Under the pieces are notes generated by a model. It saw only the letters and a program-made list of their open reading frames with translations, was not told the DNA's origin and searched no databases. A program made the position numbers and the translations under genes. Of a stretch of 64,000 bases of DNA, positions 1-13,396 are shown in pieces. Source of the stretch: Xylographa opegraphella (lineage: Eukaryota); NCBI GenBank assembly GCA_022813865.1, contig JALDZX010000008.1:62001-126000 (forward strand), in the 5' to 3' direction. The first letter of the stretch is position 1. Each line of letters opens with the position of its first letter.

Positions 1-1598
1 CACATTCCTTGAGTAGAGACTATAGCGCTGCAGTCACGACGATAGCAGTCTTCTCCCCGAAAATCGCTGGCCAAATCAGGAGAACTAAGCTTACTGTGGT
101 CTTTGACAAAGAGTCGAATGACAGTAGGAATGGAGAGGACGAAGAGACGTCACGATACAGCTTGCACGTGCTCCGTAATCTCGAGGTGTGAGATTGCCCT
201 CATAATCTGTACTCGACTTTGGGAGAAGATGCATCATGATCACTGCTATTGGAAGACCTGACGCAGATGTCTACAAAGCTGGATGACTGTAAAAGAGTGA
301 GAATCTGCATTCATTCATTCGATATACTTACAGCCAAGGCATGAATTGAAAATACAGTCTCGGGTACCTCACCGCTTCGACGTATGCAGTGAAGCCGGAT
401 GGAAACTGGTTGACGTCTGCATGAGCGTGCAAGAGTAGCTGGAAGAAGTAGGTCATGGAGCAGTAGTGGGTGTATTGCTCCGATATGGATGAGCGGTCGC
501 GTCCAGTCATCATACATGAGGGATTTTCGCTAGCTCGCATAGCCACGCTGAAGAAGCGTCGCAGGCCCGTCTGCAGTGAGAGAGCCCGAGTTCCGACCCT
601 TTTGTGCACTTGCTCCCTCGACAACTTCGCAAGCAAGCTCGGGCGGGTTACCTTAGGGTGATCATCGCATGCGCCCAGTCGCCCAGTGGCCGGGCAACAT
701 GGGCCGTTGGACTCTCGGTCGCATCAGGAATCGGGGCGGGTAGGATGGTCTGTATAGGCTGGTTCCAGCGACTGGAAAGGCAACAGTAGTGCTTCGAACA
801 CTCGAGCCATTGAGCAGCTGGTCTGACATAGTAGCATCTTATAATTCGCTCACCACAAAAAGTCCCATAACCGCATCGCGCAGTCCCGTGTCGCGGGAGT
901 ACCGTGATCGTCGTGGAGTAGATAACTAGGGAGAGTACGAAGTAGATCCGGAGCTGAACAGCGTCGACTGTGCTCCGTAGCCTGCTCGCATCTGTGTGCT
1001 CCGTACCTGCCAAGGACTGGCGGCAGAGGGCAGTGTGCAGTTCGCATGATGGTACAGTGTGGGATGAACGATGGACGATGACTGCGACAGAGTACGGTAA
1101 GGTAGTCTAGACACTTTAGTTGGCTGCTCCTCGAAGAGTGCCGTGGGTGAGCGGTGGTCGGCTGGCGGCCTTGGCCACTGTCCACGTTAAAATCCCACTC
1201 TCTCCGCCCGCATGTCCTTCTTAACTACTCCCCACTCGTCTTTCCTATCCAGCGGCGAAATACGGGCTATCAGTCACACGCCATTTTGGCCGTCCTTACC
1301 ACCAGTTGGTGTCTTGCTGGCACCAGTACGGTGTGAGGCTCGGCCCTTCCTGTACAGTCTGCTTCCAAGCATCGTCTCAGGCGTTCGGCGGACTTCTTCT
1401 CCTACACATTCTCCACGATTGGCGTTCTTCATTCAGTACAATACCCCACCACGCATCTTTCTACTGTATCTGCTATTTCCTTTTCTGATTTCGACTCCAT
1501 CTGCTTGATTCGAGTCTCAAAGCTGCTCTCGTTGCCCCGGTCACTTGACAAGGGGCACACCCATTGAGGCCCGACATCTGGACCTCTTGACCACAGTA

Positions 1599-3149
1599 AT
1601 GTTGATCGATGGCGAAAAATTTGCTTGTGATGCATGTGTGAGGGGTCATCGGGTCAGCAACTGTCAACACAGCGGTGGGTATCTGCATCGCCTTTCGTTA
1701 ACCGGCATGAGCCTCGACTAACGAAATCTCTCATCAATAGACCGACCGCTGATACATATTAACAAGAAGGGTCGTCCGGTGTCGCAATGTCCCCATTGTC
1801 GAGGCCTGCGCAAATCCCGTGCTTCACATGTGAAGTGCGATTGCGGGGAGAAACCTCATGGCAAGGAAGACTGCGTACATCTGGAGAAGGGCGACTCGAA
1901 AAGTGAGCATGGTGATGAGTGTGTCGATATAGTGTCTGATCTTAGCACAGTGGATCACCATATCTGCTGCTGCACCCATGGAGCTCGTTGCACATGCGCA
2001 CTGAAGAAAGACTATCTCGATCCAGTGCCCGAAACCGATGTGACCGCAACCACATCGTCGCCCTCAAGTACTGACTCTAGGAAACCTCGCCTTTCCACCG
2101 TCCAATCGGACGGCTCGCTTACCGTTTTCACCAATGGCCACCACAAGCCAGTCCACAAGAACAATCATGCAGCCCATGAATGTGGCTTACCGTACAAAAT
2201 CCCCCGACCACATAGCATTCATGGTCACCCTGTGCTTGCTCAAAAGTCGATGGATCATTTGCCAATGGCAAAGCCACTTGAGATCGCCTCAACGCAATTA
2301 CAGGACTCCATAATCAGTGCTCAGCAAGACGTGAGACTTGTCCGGTCCGAGCATGGCTCACCAGGACCAAGGTCTCTCTCCACTTTCGAGCAATCCATCG
2401 GGCAAGTGCCACAGCTGGATCTGTCGTATTCAACATTCAACAATTTCAACCCGGATTCTATGAATGAGTACAACAACCATGTGCCAAACCAATACGAATC
2501 GTATCTCGCTACACCCGAGGAGCAACCTCCATTCTCCGCCACTCTCAGCATACCTCCTGTGGACTGGTCCACATTCAATCTACCCGTCGACAATGGAACC
2601 GCTGATGCAACATACAGTCAGCCTCCTTCGTACGCAAGCTTTGAGCATAACACGATTGGACGACCTGAATTGACAACATCGTCCTCGTCCGAGGCAGAGG
2701 ACTTTACGTTCCACCGCCTTCCAAGCCCGGATGGGCCAGGTGCAAACGAATATCGTTATCCCACTCCAGAATCATTGGGTGTAGGTTTGTACCGTCAAAG
2801 CAGTGGTTCGTCATTTGTTGGAATTTCGCAACCATCATTCATGTCAAAGAACAACCGAGACGACCTGGGTTTTGATCCTTTCCTTCAAGGCGGGACCGCT
2901 TCGCCATCCGAGATTGAGGAATTCCCCAGCGGCTCACAGGCCGATCCTGAAGCGTTCACCCATCACGGGTTGACCGTCAAAGACGCACAGAAAATGGCCC
3001 ATTCTGGCGTCCCTACCGAAGCGATGGGCGATCTGACCTTGCCCGCGACCCGCGACGATAACGATCCGTTGTGGGCAGCAACGTTCGATGCGGACGAAAC
3101 TGATATCGACGGAATAGAAGCTATTCCCGAGAACGTCTGGAGGAGCTAA
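1599..3149 (+). CDS. Copper-fist (Ace1/AceA/Haa1-type) transcription factor
   Basis: Exon 1 (1599-1674) MLIDGEKFACDACVRGHRVSNCQHS; intron 1675-1740 (GT..ctaac..AG); then DRPLIHINKKGRPVSQCPHCR, the copper-fist motif. Cys cluster CCCTHGARCTC follows. A possible in-frame 48-nt intron lies at 1903-1950. Confidence 0.9.
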
Positions 3150-3550
3150 CATCGATGAAAGGCCAACTGGGCCACACGGAACGCCATGATTGACGATTAT
3201 ATTTTATGACATGGGAAACATAGCCAAAGTGCAATTCTAGTCCATAGGTTCTAGTATAGAAAGCGTGTATTCCAGTTTCTTGTCGCTGGACTTGGGTTTA
3301 CGCACTACGAGATTTTTATGTTCATAGACCACTTGCACATGAGGCTATCGAGAACAGAATGGCCAATATGCTCATTACCAATTGACGATCGTGCTCATAT
3401 CTTATCGCCCACTGACCCCGAAGAGGCCAACCAAACCAAAGGGTATCGAATCCCGCTGCCGTAACAATCCATTCAAATCCACTTCCACGCACCACTCCCC
3501 TCCCTTTCGTCTCTCGATCCACCATCCCAGGCCTATCGCAGGCGACTCCC

Positions 3551-3953
3551 CTAAGCCATCTTCTTCCCACTCACGCTCTTGCCCTGCCTCTGCTGATACA
3601 CGGTGTAGCCCACAAACGCAGCGACCAGCACGCCGATGATGACGATATTTCCTAACCACGCCACGGAATTAGCTCTAGCTCTCTCTCTCTCTCCCACTCC
3701 CCCTTCCCCAAACACAACAACCAACAACAACAGCGAAGCCAAAAAACATACCGAGCAAGAACCCCACCAGCCCGCTAACGAGATCGAAGGCGTCCTTGCC
3801 CAGCGTGCCGAACAGGCCGAAGACGGCCTCGATGCCCGAGACGACGGCGCCGAGCGCGCCCGTCACGATGCCGGCGGCGGTCTGGATGACGGAGACAAAG
3901 AGGTCGATGATGGAGGCGAGGAGGGCGCGGATGGAGGACAGGATGCTGGACAT
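3551..3953 (-). CDS. Small (~100 aa) hydrophobic/amphipathic membrane protein, unknown function
   Basis: ATG 3953 MSSILSSIRALLASII...GLVGFLL; intron 3751-3652 (GTATG..TTAG); joins in frame to GNIVIIGVLVAAFVGYTVYQQRQGK...KKMA*, a C-terminal TM helix with a basic tail. Confidence 0.75.
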
Positions 3954-5708
3954 GCTGGCTGTGTGGACGGGGGGAAGGAAGGGAGGGAGGGGGCGGACGC
4001 GCTTTGTAGGGTTTCGTGGGAGGATGGGGCGGGAGGGAAGGTATCCCCTTGTCGTCGTCGTGGAGTTCGCGATGGTAGAAGGGTATAGGTAGGGTCTTGA
4101 CAAGGTAGACTACCTTTGCGCAATTGCGACTGAAGGGTAGACCAGTCTGAGCGAGTTAATCGTGGATGAGAGCGCTGCGAAGAGAATAGGTAATGCGACA
4201 GGTAAAAACGATCTGTGGCGCGTTCAGCTCTAGGAAATGTTTGCGTGTGGCTGCTCCGCTCTTTAAGTAGGTACCCACTTGGCCCCCGCGCGCCGTTTCC
4301 CTGGCGCCCGAGTCCGTTGCCAGGCTTTTTTGGCGATGACGTCGTGGGGTCGGGGTTGCACAGGGCAGGATTGTGGGAGCCGGATGTGGAGCGGGCACGT
4401 CACGCGCGCGTTGGGAATGGGGAAGCGGGACGTCACTGCGCCGCGCGAGGTATCTACGGATTGGGGTGATTGGAGGTTCTGCCTACTGGGAGTGGACAAG
4501 TGCGTGGTAGCTACAGCGATATAGATGGCATTCTGATTCAGTGACGATTTGATAACGGGAGCATTTCGTTGATTCTTGGGATAGAATGCAGTTGTTCTGC
4601 ACGCTTTCCATTGCCAACTATCAAATCTCATATTCAAGTTCGGATTCCCTTTTGGTGTTGTGGCTTACTGGCAATGCCCAAGTCTCAGACCTGACAAGGC
4701 TTTTTTGTCCGTCCGGGCGGCCATTCGATACCCACACTCTGATCTATGCATGCAGCCTCAGGTTGGGGGCATCATCAGCTATCAGTACGCATAGCTCGTG
4801 CCAAAGCCGGCTCTATGGCCTCTACGGAAACCCTCATGTTTCGGGCCTCATGAGCTTGACCCATCGACAATGGCAGACGTCACATGTGGATGTTGAGTAG
4901 CACCAGAGCTTCGCCGTACACGCTCATGATACCCAGCCAACCGCGCCGCAGAGATTTATGTTGATGAGAACATGGCCATAGGGCTCGCACTCCCAGCGAG
5001 GTTCATGTAATCAATGTCTGGGACACAAAGTACACACTGGAGACAGGACTCGATATGCCGAAGCTCCTGGCCGTCTTGAGCACGCTCCTCTCCCCGTGAT
5101 GAAGGAGTTGGCGCTCAGAACAAGGCCCGTGGTGCTCGCAGCTTCGGCGGTAATTTGTGACCACTATTGATATTTGGCAATAGGGGACGGGAAAATCTTG
5201 CAGCAATTTCTCTACTGGCTATCATGCTGTCAGCGCCGTGATGATATTGTTAGTCCCAGCTTCCGCCGGAATCTTGCACATTTCCCTGGTCGATCGTTGA
5301 CTGAATCGTTGACTAAATCAATCTGCATCGAATTTCCAAGTCTCCATTGAACAAGGACCCAAAATTAGATATCCCAGAATGGTCCAAAAATCCCGAAATC
5401 GAACGAGGCTCTGGAAGGTATAGGAGTTCGTGACGTAGGTGAGTAAGACGGCTGGTATTGAACAAGGTTCACGGAACCATTTTCTAAGATGCTGGATCAA
5501 TGTCTCAGCCTAATTGCAAGTATAACGTCTCAACCAATACGTCAAGAGGCTGGAGTCGTGCAATCATGCTAAAATAAATGTTAGACCGAGAACCGAAATG
5601 AGTGACCATGCGCAGAAATACCCATTGTCAGCTTCAGAATTATTTGGAGCATTCGTCGTTTGTGACTGGTGGTTGGCGATTTCGAGTAGGCAAAGACGAA
5701 GAGATGCT

Positions 5709-7705
5709 TCACAGCCATTGCTGTTGGTATTGATTTGCTCTGCTGTGAAGAGGCAGTGGTGGCAAAGGTTTATCCAGGTTTCCACCTTGTGATCGAGACA
5801 GAGCTCGGGCACCAGCAAAGCTTGCGGCCAATTGAGCACGAGAGCCAGCAAAACTCGGGGTGTCGTCCAGGCCAACTGTCGTAGCTCTGGTTGATCCGGA
5901 GGCGAAGCTCGAGGCGCCATTCCGCTGTTCGGAAGGTTGCGTAGAATTGATTGGATGGTTTGAGGATTTTGGATCGCTCGAATATCGTTTGGCCGCGGCA
6001 GAAAGCGGTACCTGACGTGCTTGCGCGCTGGGCAGCAAGCTTGGTTCTAGAGAGGCTGCAGAACTCGGTCCCTGCCAAGGATTAATGTAGTCAGAAGGCG
6101 AAGGGATGCCGATGCCCAACTCCGCTATATACTCCTCGCTTGATCGCTCCTCGCTCGATCGTGCCGTTGGAGGGACCTTATTGTACATTACATCGTTCAC
6201 CGGCTGCTGTGGCGCAGGTCCGATAGCGTCCACGTCTCCGCGATTGTTGGTCGGCGATCGAGCCGGATTCGGCAAGCCCCAATGTTCACTTTGACCTTTG
6301 TGTGATTCTCCACTACCATAGCTGTCATGTTTGCTGTGCGCGGACTCTGCAGCTGCTTTTCCGGATTGGCCAGCCTCAAGATCCATCAACGGAATCAGGG
6401 TATCTCCATCACTCGTAATGGTTCCTTCGGTAACATTTGTTGTTTTCCCACTGCTGCCTCCAAGTTTTTTTGGACCGCTCCCAAATGTATAAGACTTTTT
6501 ATTTCCTGAACTTTTGCTTGGACGTGACTCGGGTTTCCTGCGGTTAAAGAGTTGTCGCAACGCCGGGGCGCAAGCAACCACAGTACCGAGATTCTGTTCC
6601 AAGCTGAAGTTACTATTAGCTACACGAGATATGTCCATGATGTTTGGCTATGCTTACAGCTGCCATTCCGCGGCTGGTACCAAATCCCCTATTTTCAGAG
6701 CATTAGTCAACATCCCGACTGATGCCCTCGAAAACAGACCACGTACAGGTGCTGTCCAGAGTCGAAAGATCCGCAGTTACAGCTTTTGCTATTGAGCACC
6801 CGGCCGTACTTGCGACAGTCAGTATGATTTGCCTGTTCACATGACACATATCTTCGGTGCTTACAAGAGCCCAAGTCCAACGAGGAACGATATGGAGACC
6901 TTGATTCGTCGTCTCATTTGAAGCTTTCGAACAACAAACACCGGACATGCGACGCAGGCGATATCAGTGGCTGCGCCAATCGCTGCCACGATGTTAGTTG
7001 TTAGCTCACACAGATGCTGGAGTGACCGACCGCCATATATTTTCACCATCAACGGTTGTACCCAGACCGGGAGACAGCGCCGATTGGGCCCGGTAAGATT
7101 CCAAATGTCGGAAAAAGGAATACACTCTACGGCAAGAGTAATCACACTGGCGATCAGGGCAATGGTGACGACTATCATCAATCCATAAAGCACTCGAACA
7201 AACACCTTGCCTTCCTGTGCGCCGGAGATCATTCTGAAGACGAAGAGACACACTGAGAGCTTGATAAAGTATGTGGCGAAGTAGGCTGACATCTCAGCCA
7301 AGATGGACCACTTGAGAGCTGTGGGCAGTTCGTTCAACGGGAGGTAGTAGAGGTGTCGTCCGAATCCATTTTGCACCGCCAGCGTGACCATCACGGAGCC
7401 AAAGATGCAGAGCGCCTTCAGCGGTCAGCATCGAAGCAAGGATGGGTGTAGGGTGCCTGCGCATGATGAGGGACGAGGCATACCAGAGCGACGAGGATCA
7501 TGTAGTCGCTATGATCTTGGTCAGGTATGGATGTCAGGCTTGGGTGGCGAACGACTTACTCCCATCCAATGTTCTTGTGGGTGATCCGGGTGTAGATGCG
7601 CAAGGCGACCATGATGATGGCCAGAGAGGAACTGGTCCATGCTGCTGCCAGAAGGTCCGGTCCACGAGACGTATCGGGCTGCAGGTCACCGAAAAGATCT
7701 GCCAT
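5709..7705 (-). CDS. PTH11-like / fungal rhodopsin-domain integral membrane protein (no CFEM domain seen)
   Basis: Spliced MADLFG..LRIYTR..IGWDDYMILVAL, GFGRH, IKLSVCLF, TDIAC..P, EQNLGTVVACAPALR motifs; long Ser/Pro-rich C-terminal tail; several short introns. Confidence 0.85.
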
Positions 7706-10700
7706 CAACCGTTTGACATTGAGAAGGCCGAAAAGAGAAGCTTAGAACCGACGACTAAGGCGAAAGCAAAGGGCAGGCAGGCAGTCCTAAAGACATGGGG
7801 AAAGACCGTGCTGACTAGTAGAGCGTTGAAGAGATGCGGCTACTGCAGACTTGTACCGACAATTGCTGTAGCTCGCTGCGGCGGGGGGATTTCGTGCAGG
7901 CATTATAAGAAAGCGATATTCATCTCACCAGAGCTCTCCCACCGCCGTCTTTGGTCGAAATGCACACCGCCCAATGGCGGGCGAGGTGCAAGGCTCATCA
8001 GCCGCCACGAGCGTGCCGTTAATATTATTGGGTAGCGGGCGAGGGGCGTATCGGTGTGGGGCCACTTGCCTTGACATGACTGTGGCACCAGGTGGATTAA
8101 TCTTAGTCCCTGCTTTGGTGTCATCTATAGTCATCTAGAGTTAGATGGAGCGCGAGACGGCTACTGGGCATCTGGAACGAGTCGGCGACTCGGCATCAGA
8201 ACGACGCGGGTCCGTGTGGCTGTACTCCGTACTGCGTGAAGATTAAGCATCATCTCGCGGGCGGCGGCCACCCAAAGATCTGAAGATGCGCGCTGACGGT
8301 GGGCCGAACACGTGGATCGCTGCCACGCTAAGGCCGTGGCTCCGCGCTAACCAGAGCAGAAGAGCGGAAATGGGGGGCGGCGCAGGTGGGAGGGTGTGAC
8401 GAGTTGGTGTAACTTCGTACGATGAGACCGGCTTCCTTTGAACTAATCATGTTGCTCACAGCCGCTCAATCTTTGTGTCGGTACGGAGTATCCAAAGCCC
8501 CCATTGTACAACGTCTCCGACCTGTGCTCGCGGTACTCAAACCGATATGCCTAGAGGATAGTGCACCCGATGTGCGGCGCTCCTCGAATCGAAGCGCTAA
8601 GGTACCTAGGTATCCAGTGATGCGTGCAATTTATAGAAATACACTTGACAGGCATGGCGCCATGGTGTTCGTCAGCCGGTTATTAATATTGTCGGACGTG
8701 CCACTCCTGCTTCTCCCGTAACGAAGCGCAACCGGGGCTGCTATGAATAAGCTGCTCCTCCTTCCAAATGCGACAATCAATCTGCAGGCTTGGCTGGCCA
8801 GTGCCACTAAGACTACTTTGGGTAGTGGGCACGACTCCGTGACACGATTCCATGTTGGAATGAGACGCGAGCTTACCCGAGCATGTCGTGACCCGTGAGG
8901 CGAAGTGGTGATAAAACACTGTTTACTACAGAGCAGGTCGTCAAGACGAAACATGAACCGTTGGTTCGCAATGAGTGACACTCGAATTCCGGCATATTCT
9001 TTTGAGCGGCCAGTGGATCCGCAAGATGTCCGAAGTGCTCTGTTCTTCAGCTGGAACTTTGCTACCCAAGAGACGGGGGCTGACACGATCATTGGCATTG
9101 TTGCATTGCGGTCGACCTGCCTATCTAGGACAGCTTGACGCGTACAGACAACCTCATTTGGCGTAGAGTAGGTCCTAGATTATCCCGGCAGATACTGATC
9201 TTCCGAGCCGAGAAATTACCCTAACGAAATCGCCAAGCGAGCCGAATTTGTGCCCACATTGCTGTGCTTTATCTATCTGCGCTCAACGCAGAGAACGACT
9301 CGTGGACTTTGGAGCCTGGCTGCTTAGTTTTCATGGTCTTCATAACCAATGTATCTTTATATTTGGCAGTAGCTTCCAACGATCTTTTCTTGGCTATTCG
9401 TGACTGGTGAGTGGATGAAGCAGAGCACGGCCAAGCTCAGCACTACATTGTCTCTCACAACCTCTGCGTTACAGAAACAAGATAGTGGACGAAGAATGGG
9501 TGCATCCGATTTGTACTGGTGCTAACTCGGCTTGTGGACTGGCCTATCTTCTGATCAATGACAATGGTCCTGTTTGGTCCCATTTTATGATCGGTCCAGC
9601 TATCGAGTGAATATGTCTTGTACACCAAGCCCGTTTTGGTATATCTGATATACACAAATCAGTGCCAGCATGAAGCGCACGAAGCTTGATTGTACCCAAG
9701 CATCACCAGTACTTATGAATCAGTGAGAAACTGTCTCTCGTCACTGAAGGTCTCGATGTCGAGTGACCTATGGAGTGCATTGTACGTAACAAAGCTACAG
9801 ACGAAAGATCACGGTTGGTCCAGGTTCACCGAAAATAGAGCTATACCTGCTTAAATTCAGCAGAGGTACCAGAGCGTATCTTTACCACTTATTCCCAGGC
9901 CTTCGAGCACCGCCTCTGCTCACTAACAGTACTGACTTTGAGAAGCTCGACGGGCGGGACACCACGGAGTATGATCAACAGGAAGTGATCTTGAGATCAA
10001 CGTTTCCGCCGAAGTCGCGCAGGCAGAAATGGCTGTCGTCGGTGATTGCGGACCAAACCCCAAACTACGAGTGCAATATCAATGTATTGCATCGCTGGCA
10101 GTATATACACTTATCAACGCCTGGTTCGGTATATAAGATTAGTGCGCATATCTTTACAGCCATTCCTGATGACCTCGTGGATAACCGGAACTCGGGCGAA
10201 TACGAACGGAGACTCGCTGACCACGAACTTGCGGATACCTCTCGTGCAAACAAGGAAAGATCTTCCTGACTATCAGGTTTCTCCAAAGTTCTCATTACAA
10301 GTACCCAATCATGGCATCTGGGGGGCTTCTTGAGGCTATAATATCATGACGTTGAACATATGAATCTAAACAACCTGTCGACCCAGACAAGTGTTGACCT
10401 GAACCGTGCCCTTCTTGAGCGGGTTGTCCTGACCGTGGAGAAATACACCGACAGTTTGATAAGAGGTTTGGGGAATTTAGGCGACTAAGAAATGATCGAT
10501 CGACCGGCAGCATCCAGTGCAATGGGATCGTCGCTTACCTTGGACACAGACCATCTGCATGACCATGATCGACCGACGCTATCCAAGTCCGAGTTGTAAG
10601 TTGTGGCACGTGGTCGGGGACTTCTTCCGGGAATGCATCGACTATTATCCAAATCTTGCTTTGGCCGCTACGATTCTTCCACATATCAAAATGCTTCCAG

Positions 10701-11036
10701 TGGCAGTTTCTCTCGCGGTACTCGTGCATAGGCACTGACCGTCCGGTAGGACAACGAACAGTTCTGGTTGCGAGCTTGGCTCAAGATCCCGACGAGCATT
10801 ATCCAGTGCGGGAAGCCATATGGTGCATCCATGTCTTGCATATGTTCCTACCTGCGACTCGTACGGAAGAGACCGAAGCAACGAGTAGCCAGCATGTGCG
10901 TCCGCATCTATCCTGGAATAGCAGCTCGAGATCACGACTAGCCATTCCAGCCACGGAATATGGTCATGATGTCCGTGTTACGCGTCTAGGCCGGTTTCCA
11001 CAGAGGCTGGCGTGGGGAAGGAACGAACCCGAGAAT

Positions 11037-11585
11037 GCGGGGAGACACTAGCGCAAAGCTTCCCCGGATTTTGGCACACTGCCGCGCGTGTATCCCATGC
11101 TCGATTCCCCTTTCTAGCCTAAATCGTCCTGGAAGGTGCTGATTCGAATGGTGGTCTGGACAAGCAATCTCGCCGCCGGACCCTGTAAAATAAAACGGAT
11201 GCGGGGAATGGCTAGCGGAAAGGTCCAGACTTTACTAGTAGTGCTCCCAAACGCATGGTTGGCTCCCTGATGTCTTGCTTCTCCGGATACGCTTCCAGCT
11301 CTAGCCCCAACCGAGGACACGAGTACCAATCCTAGCCACAACACTGTCGACTCTGATTGGCGAATGTTACACGCGTGACTGCCGTTTACAGTATATGCGG
11401 ACTAGGTCCTCCAGTCTAACCTCTTGAGCGCGACCCAGAGTTCCTAGGGTGCGGGGAATTATGTGGCCAGGAAATTGACACTTGCGAGTTTTGTGTGTAT
11501 GGAATAACTCTTAGCTTGGAGACCTGCTAAATTCAACAGCTAGGATATTGACGGGAGTCCTTTGTGATAGCGGTCCGGCGGACCG
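11037..11585 (+). promoter_or_regulatory. Putative carbon-regulation sites upstream of the sugar transporter
   Basis: GCGGGG (CreA SYGGRG consensus) at 11037, 11201, 11451; GGCTAG (XlnR-like) at 11210 and reverse at 11114; palindrome CGGTCCG-G-CGGACCG at 11571-11585. Confidence 0.4.
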
Positions 11586-11764
11586 GACTGCCTGCTCAGG
11601 CCTTGAAGTTCAGCATGTTGTGTGAGATAGGATAACAGATATGGTATCTATAAATCCCCTTGTGTTTCCCCCATTCAAGTTGCCCAGACCACACTTCCCA
11701 CGATCCTGCTCTCAGCATCAGCTCTTCTTATTTTGTTGCCGCTTCGACAATCTCCCAAGAAGAG

Positions 11765-13396
11765 ATGTCAGAGAAGTCCTTTACCGAGAAGGGGGTACAG
11801 CACCATGTCGAGAACGTCAATGATGTTCACCCTGTGGGTGGCGTCCATGAGGTGGTTTTCCAAGGATCCGAAACACTGAAAGCTGCCCTTGAGAAAGAAC
11901 CACCCCAGCCACGATCCAGACGCATGTTGCAGCTGTACTTGATCGTTTCTGTCGCCTACCTTTGCTCCAGTCTTAATGGATACGATGGCCAACTGATGGG
12001 AAACATGCTTGTTCTTCCCGCATTCGACTCGGAATTCGGCGCTTCTATCGTCGGTATCAAAGCTGGTTATATTTCAGCCATGTACACAATTGGCGGTGTC
12101 TGCTCTCTTCCCTTTGTTGGGCCGGCTGTTGATACATGGGGTCGCCGTCCTGGTATGTTTATCGGTTGCTTCTCCGTTGTTCTCGGAACCATCATCGAGG
12201 GTACCTCTGGAATGACGGGCAGTCTTGGTCAATTTCTTGGGGGGCGGTTCTTACTCGGGTTCGGTGTCAGTATCGCCGCCTCAGCAGCGCCAATCTATGT
12301 ATGCGAGATCTCTCATCCTGCCTACCGAGGTATCATGACAGGACTATACAACACTATTTACAACGTCGGCGCGATTGCAGCTGCCGGTACCCTCCGCGGT
12401 GGAGAAAACTACCCAGGCAACGCTTCCTGGCTGATCCCCACCTGGATTCAAATGGTCTGCTCTGGTATCGTCTGCTTATTTTGCTTCTTCCTGCCAGAAT
12501 CACCTCGATGGCTGTACACGAACGGAAAACAAGAACAAGCTGCTGCTGTCATCACCAGGTACCATGGTCTTGACAACCCAGAGAGCGTCTACCTGAAAAT
12601 GCAGATGCAAGAATTTGGCGATGAATTGAACTTGGACGGTGCCGATAAGCGCTGGTGGGACTATAGAGCTTTGTTCAAGGATCGGGCTTCCCGCTATCGC
12701 TTGATGTGCAACTTGGTTTTGACTGTGTGGGGCCAATGGTCTGGTAACGGACTCACATCCTACTTCATGCCCGCCTTCCTCGCAACCGCCGGTGTGACAG
12801 ATCCAACCACTGTTCTCGACATCAACCTAGGTACCTCCTTCGCCGGCCTTTTTGTCTCCATAACCGGCGCTACCTTCGTGGAGAAAATTGGACGTCGCAA
12901 ACTCTTCTACAGAATTCTGCTCGTCATCTCATTCTGGTGGGTTCTAATCACAATCACCGCTGGTGTTTTCAACAACACAGGAGCAAAGGGCGCTGGTGAT
13001 GCTGCCATTCTGTTTGTCAATCTTTTTGGAATCACATACTCCTTCGGTATCACACCTCTGCAGGCACTGTACCCAGTCGAATGTCTGTCGTACGAACAAC
13101 GCGCCAAGGGTATGGCTTTCTCGTCTCTTGTTGTCAATGCCGCCCTCATGGTCAACCAATTCGGATTGCCCGTGGCCATCCAGAACATCGGATGGAAGCT
13201 CTACATTGTCTTCGTCGGTTGGACACTCGTCGAATCAGCAGTGGTCTACTTCTTCCTCGTTGAGACCAAGGGCCGTACTCTGGAGGAGCTTGATGAGATA
13301 TTCAACGCACCCAACCCACGGAAGGCATCTCTTGCGGTCAAGAAGGTTACTCTCGACGCGGAAGCTCATGTGCTCAACGTCGAGAAAATCAAATAG
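11765..13396 (+). CDS. MFS sugar porter, lactose permease / cellodextrin transporter-like
   Basis: NGYDG, DTWGRR, PIYVCEISHPAYRG, PESPRWL, QWSGN, EKIGRR and ETKGRTLEEL sugar-porter motifs; intronless. Confidence 0.92.
   Translation: MSEKSFTEKGVQHHVENVNDVHPVGGVHEVVFQGSETLKAALEKEPPQPRSRRMLQLYLIVSVAYLCSSLNGYDGQLMGNMLVLPAFDSEFGASIVGIKAGYISAMYTIGGVCSLPFVGPAVDTWGRRPGMFIGCFSVVLGTIIEGTSGMTGSLGQFLGGRFLLGFGVSIAASAAPIYVCEISHPAYRGIMTGLYNTIYNVGAIAAAGTLRGGENYPGNASWLIPTWIQMVCSGIVCLFCFFLPESPRWLYTNGKQEQAAAVITRYHGLDNPESVYLKMQMQEFGDELNLDGADKRWWDYRALFKDRASRYRLMCNLVLTVWGQWSGNGLTSYFMPAFLATAGVTDPTTVLDINLGTSFAGLFVSITGATFVEKIGRRKLFYRILLVISFWWVLITITAGVFNNTGAKGAGDAAILFVNLFGITYSFGITPLQALYPVECLSYEQRAKGMAFSSLVVNAALMVNQFGLPVAIQNIGWKLYIVFVGWTLVESAVVYFFLVETKGRTLEELDEIFNAPNPRKASLAVKKVTLDAEAHVLNVEKIK

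Noticed and set aside
1..640. Minus-strand coding exons at the left edge
   Set aside because: Splice-like signals exist, but all three joined frames hit stops; at most UTR of a gene outside the window.
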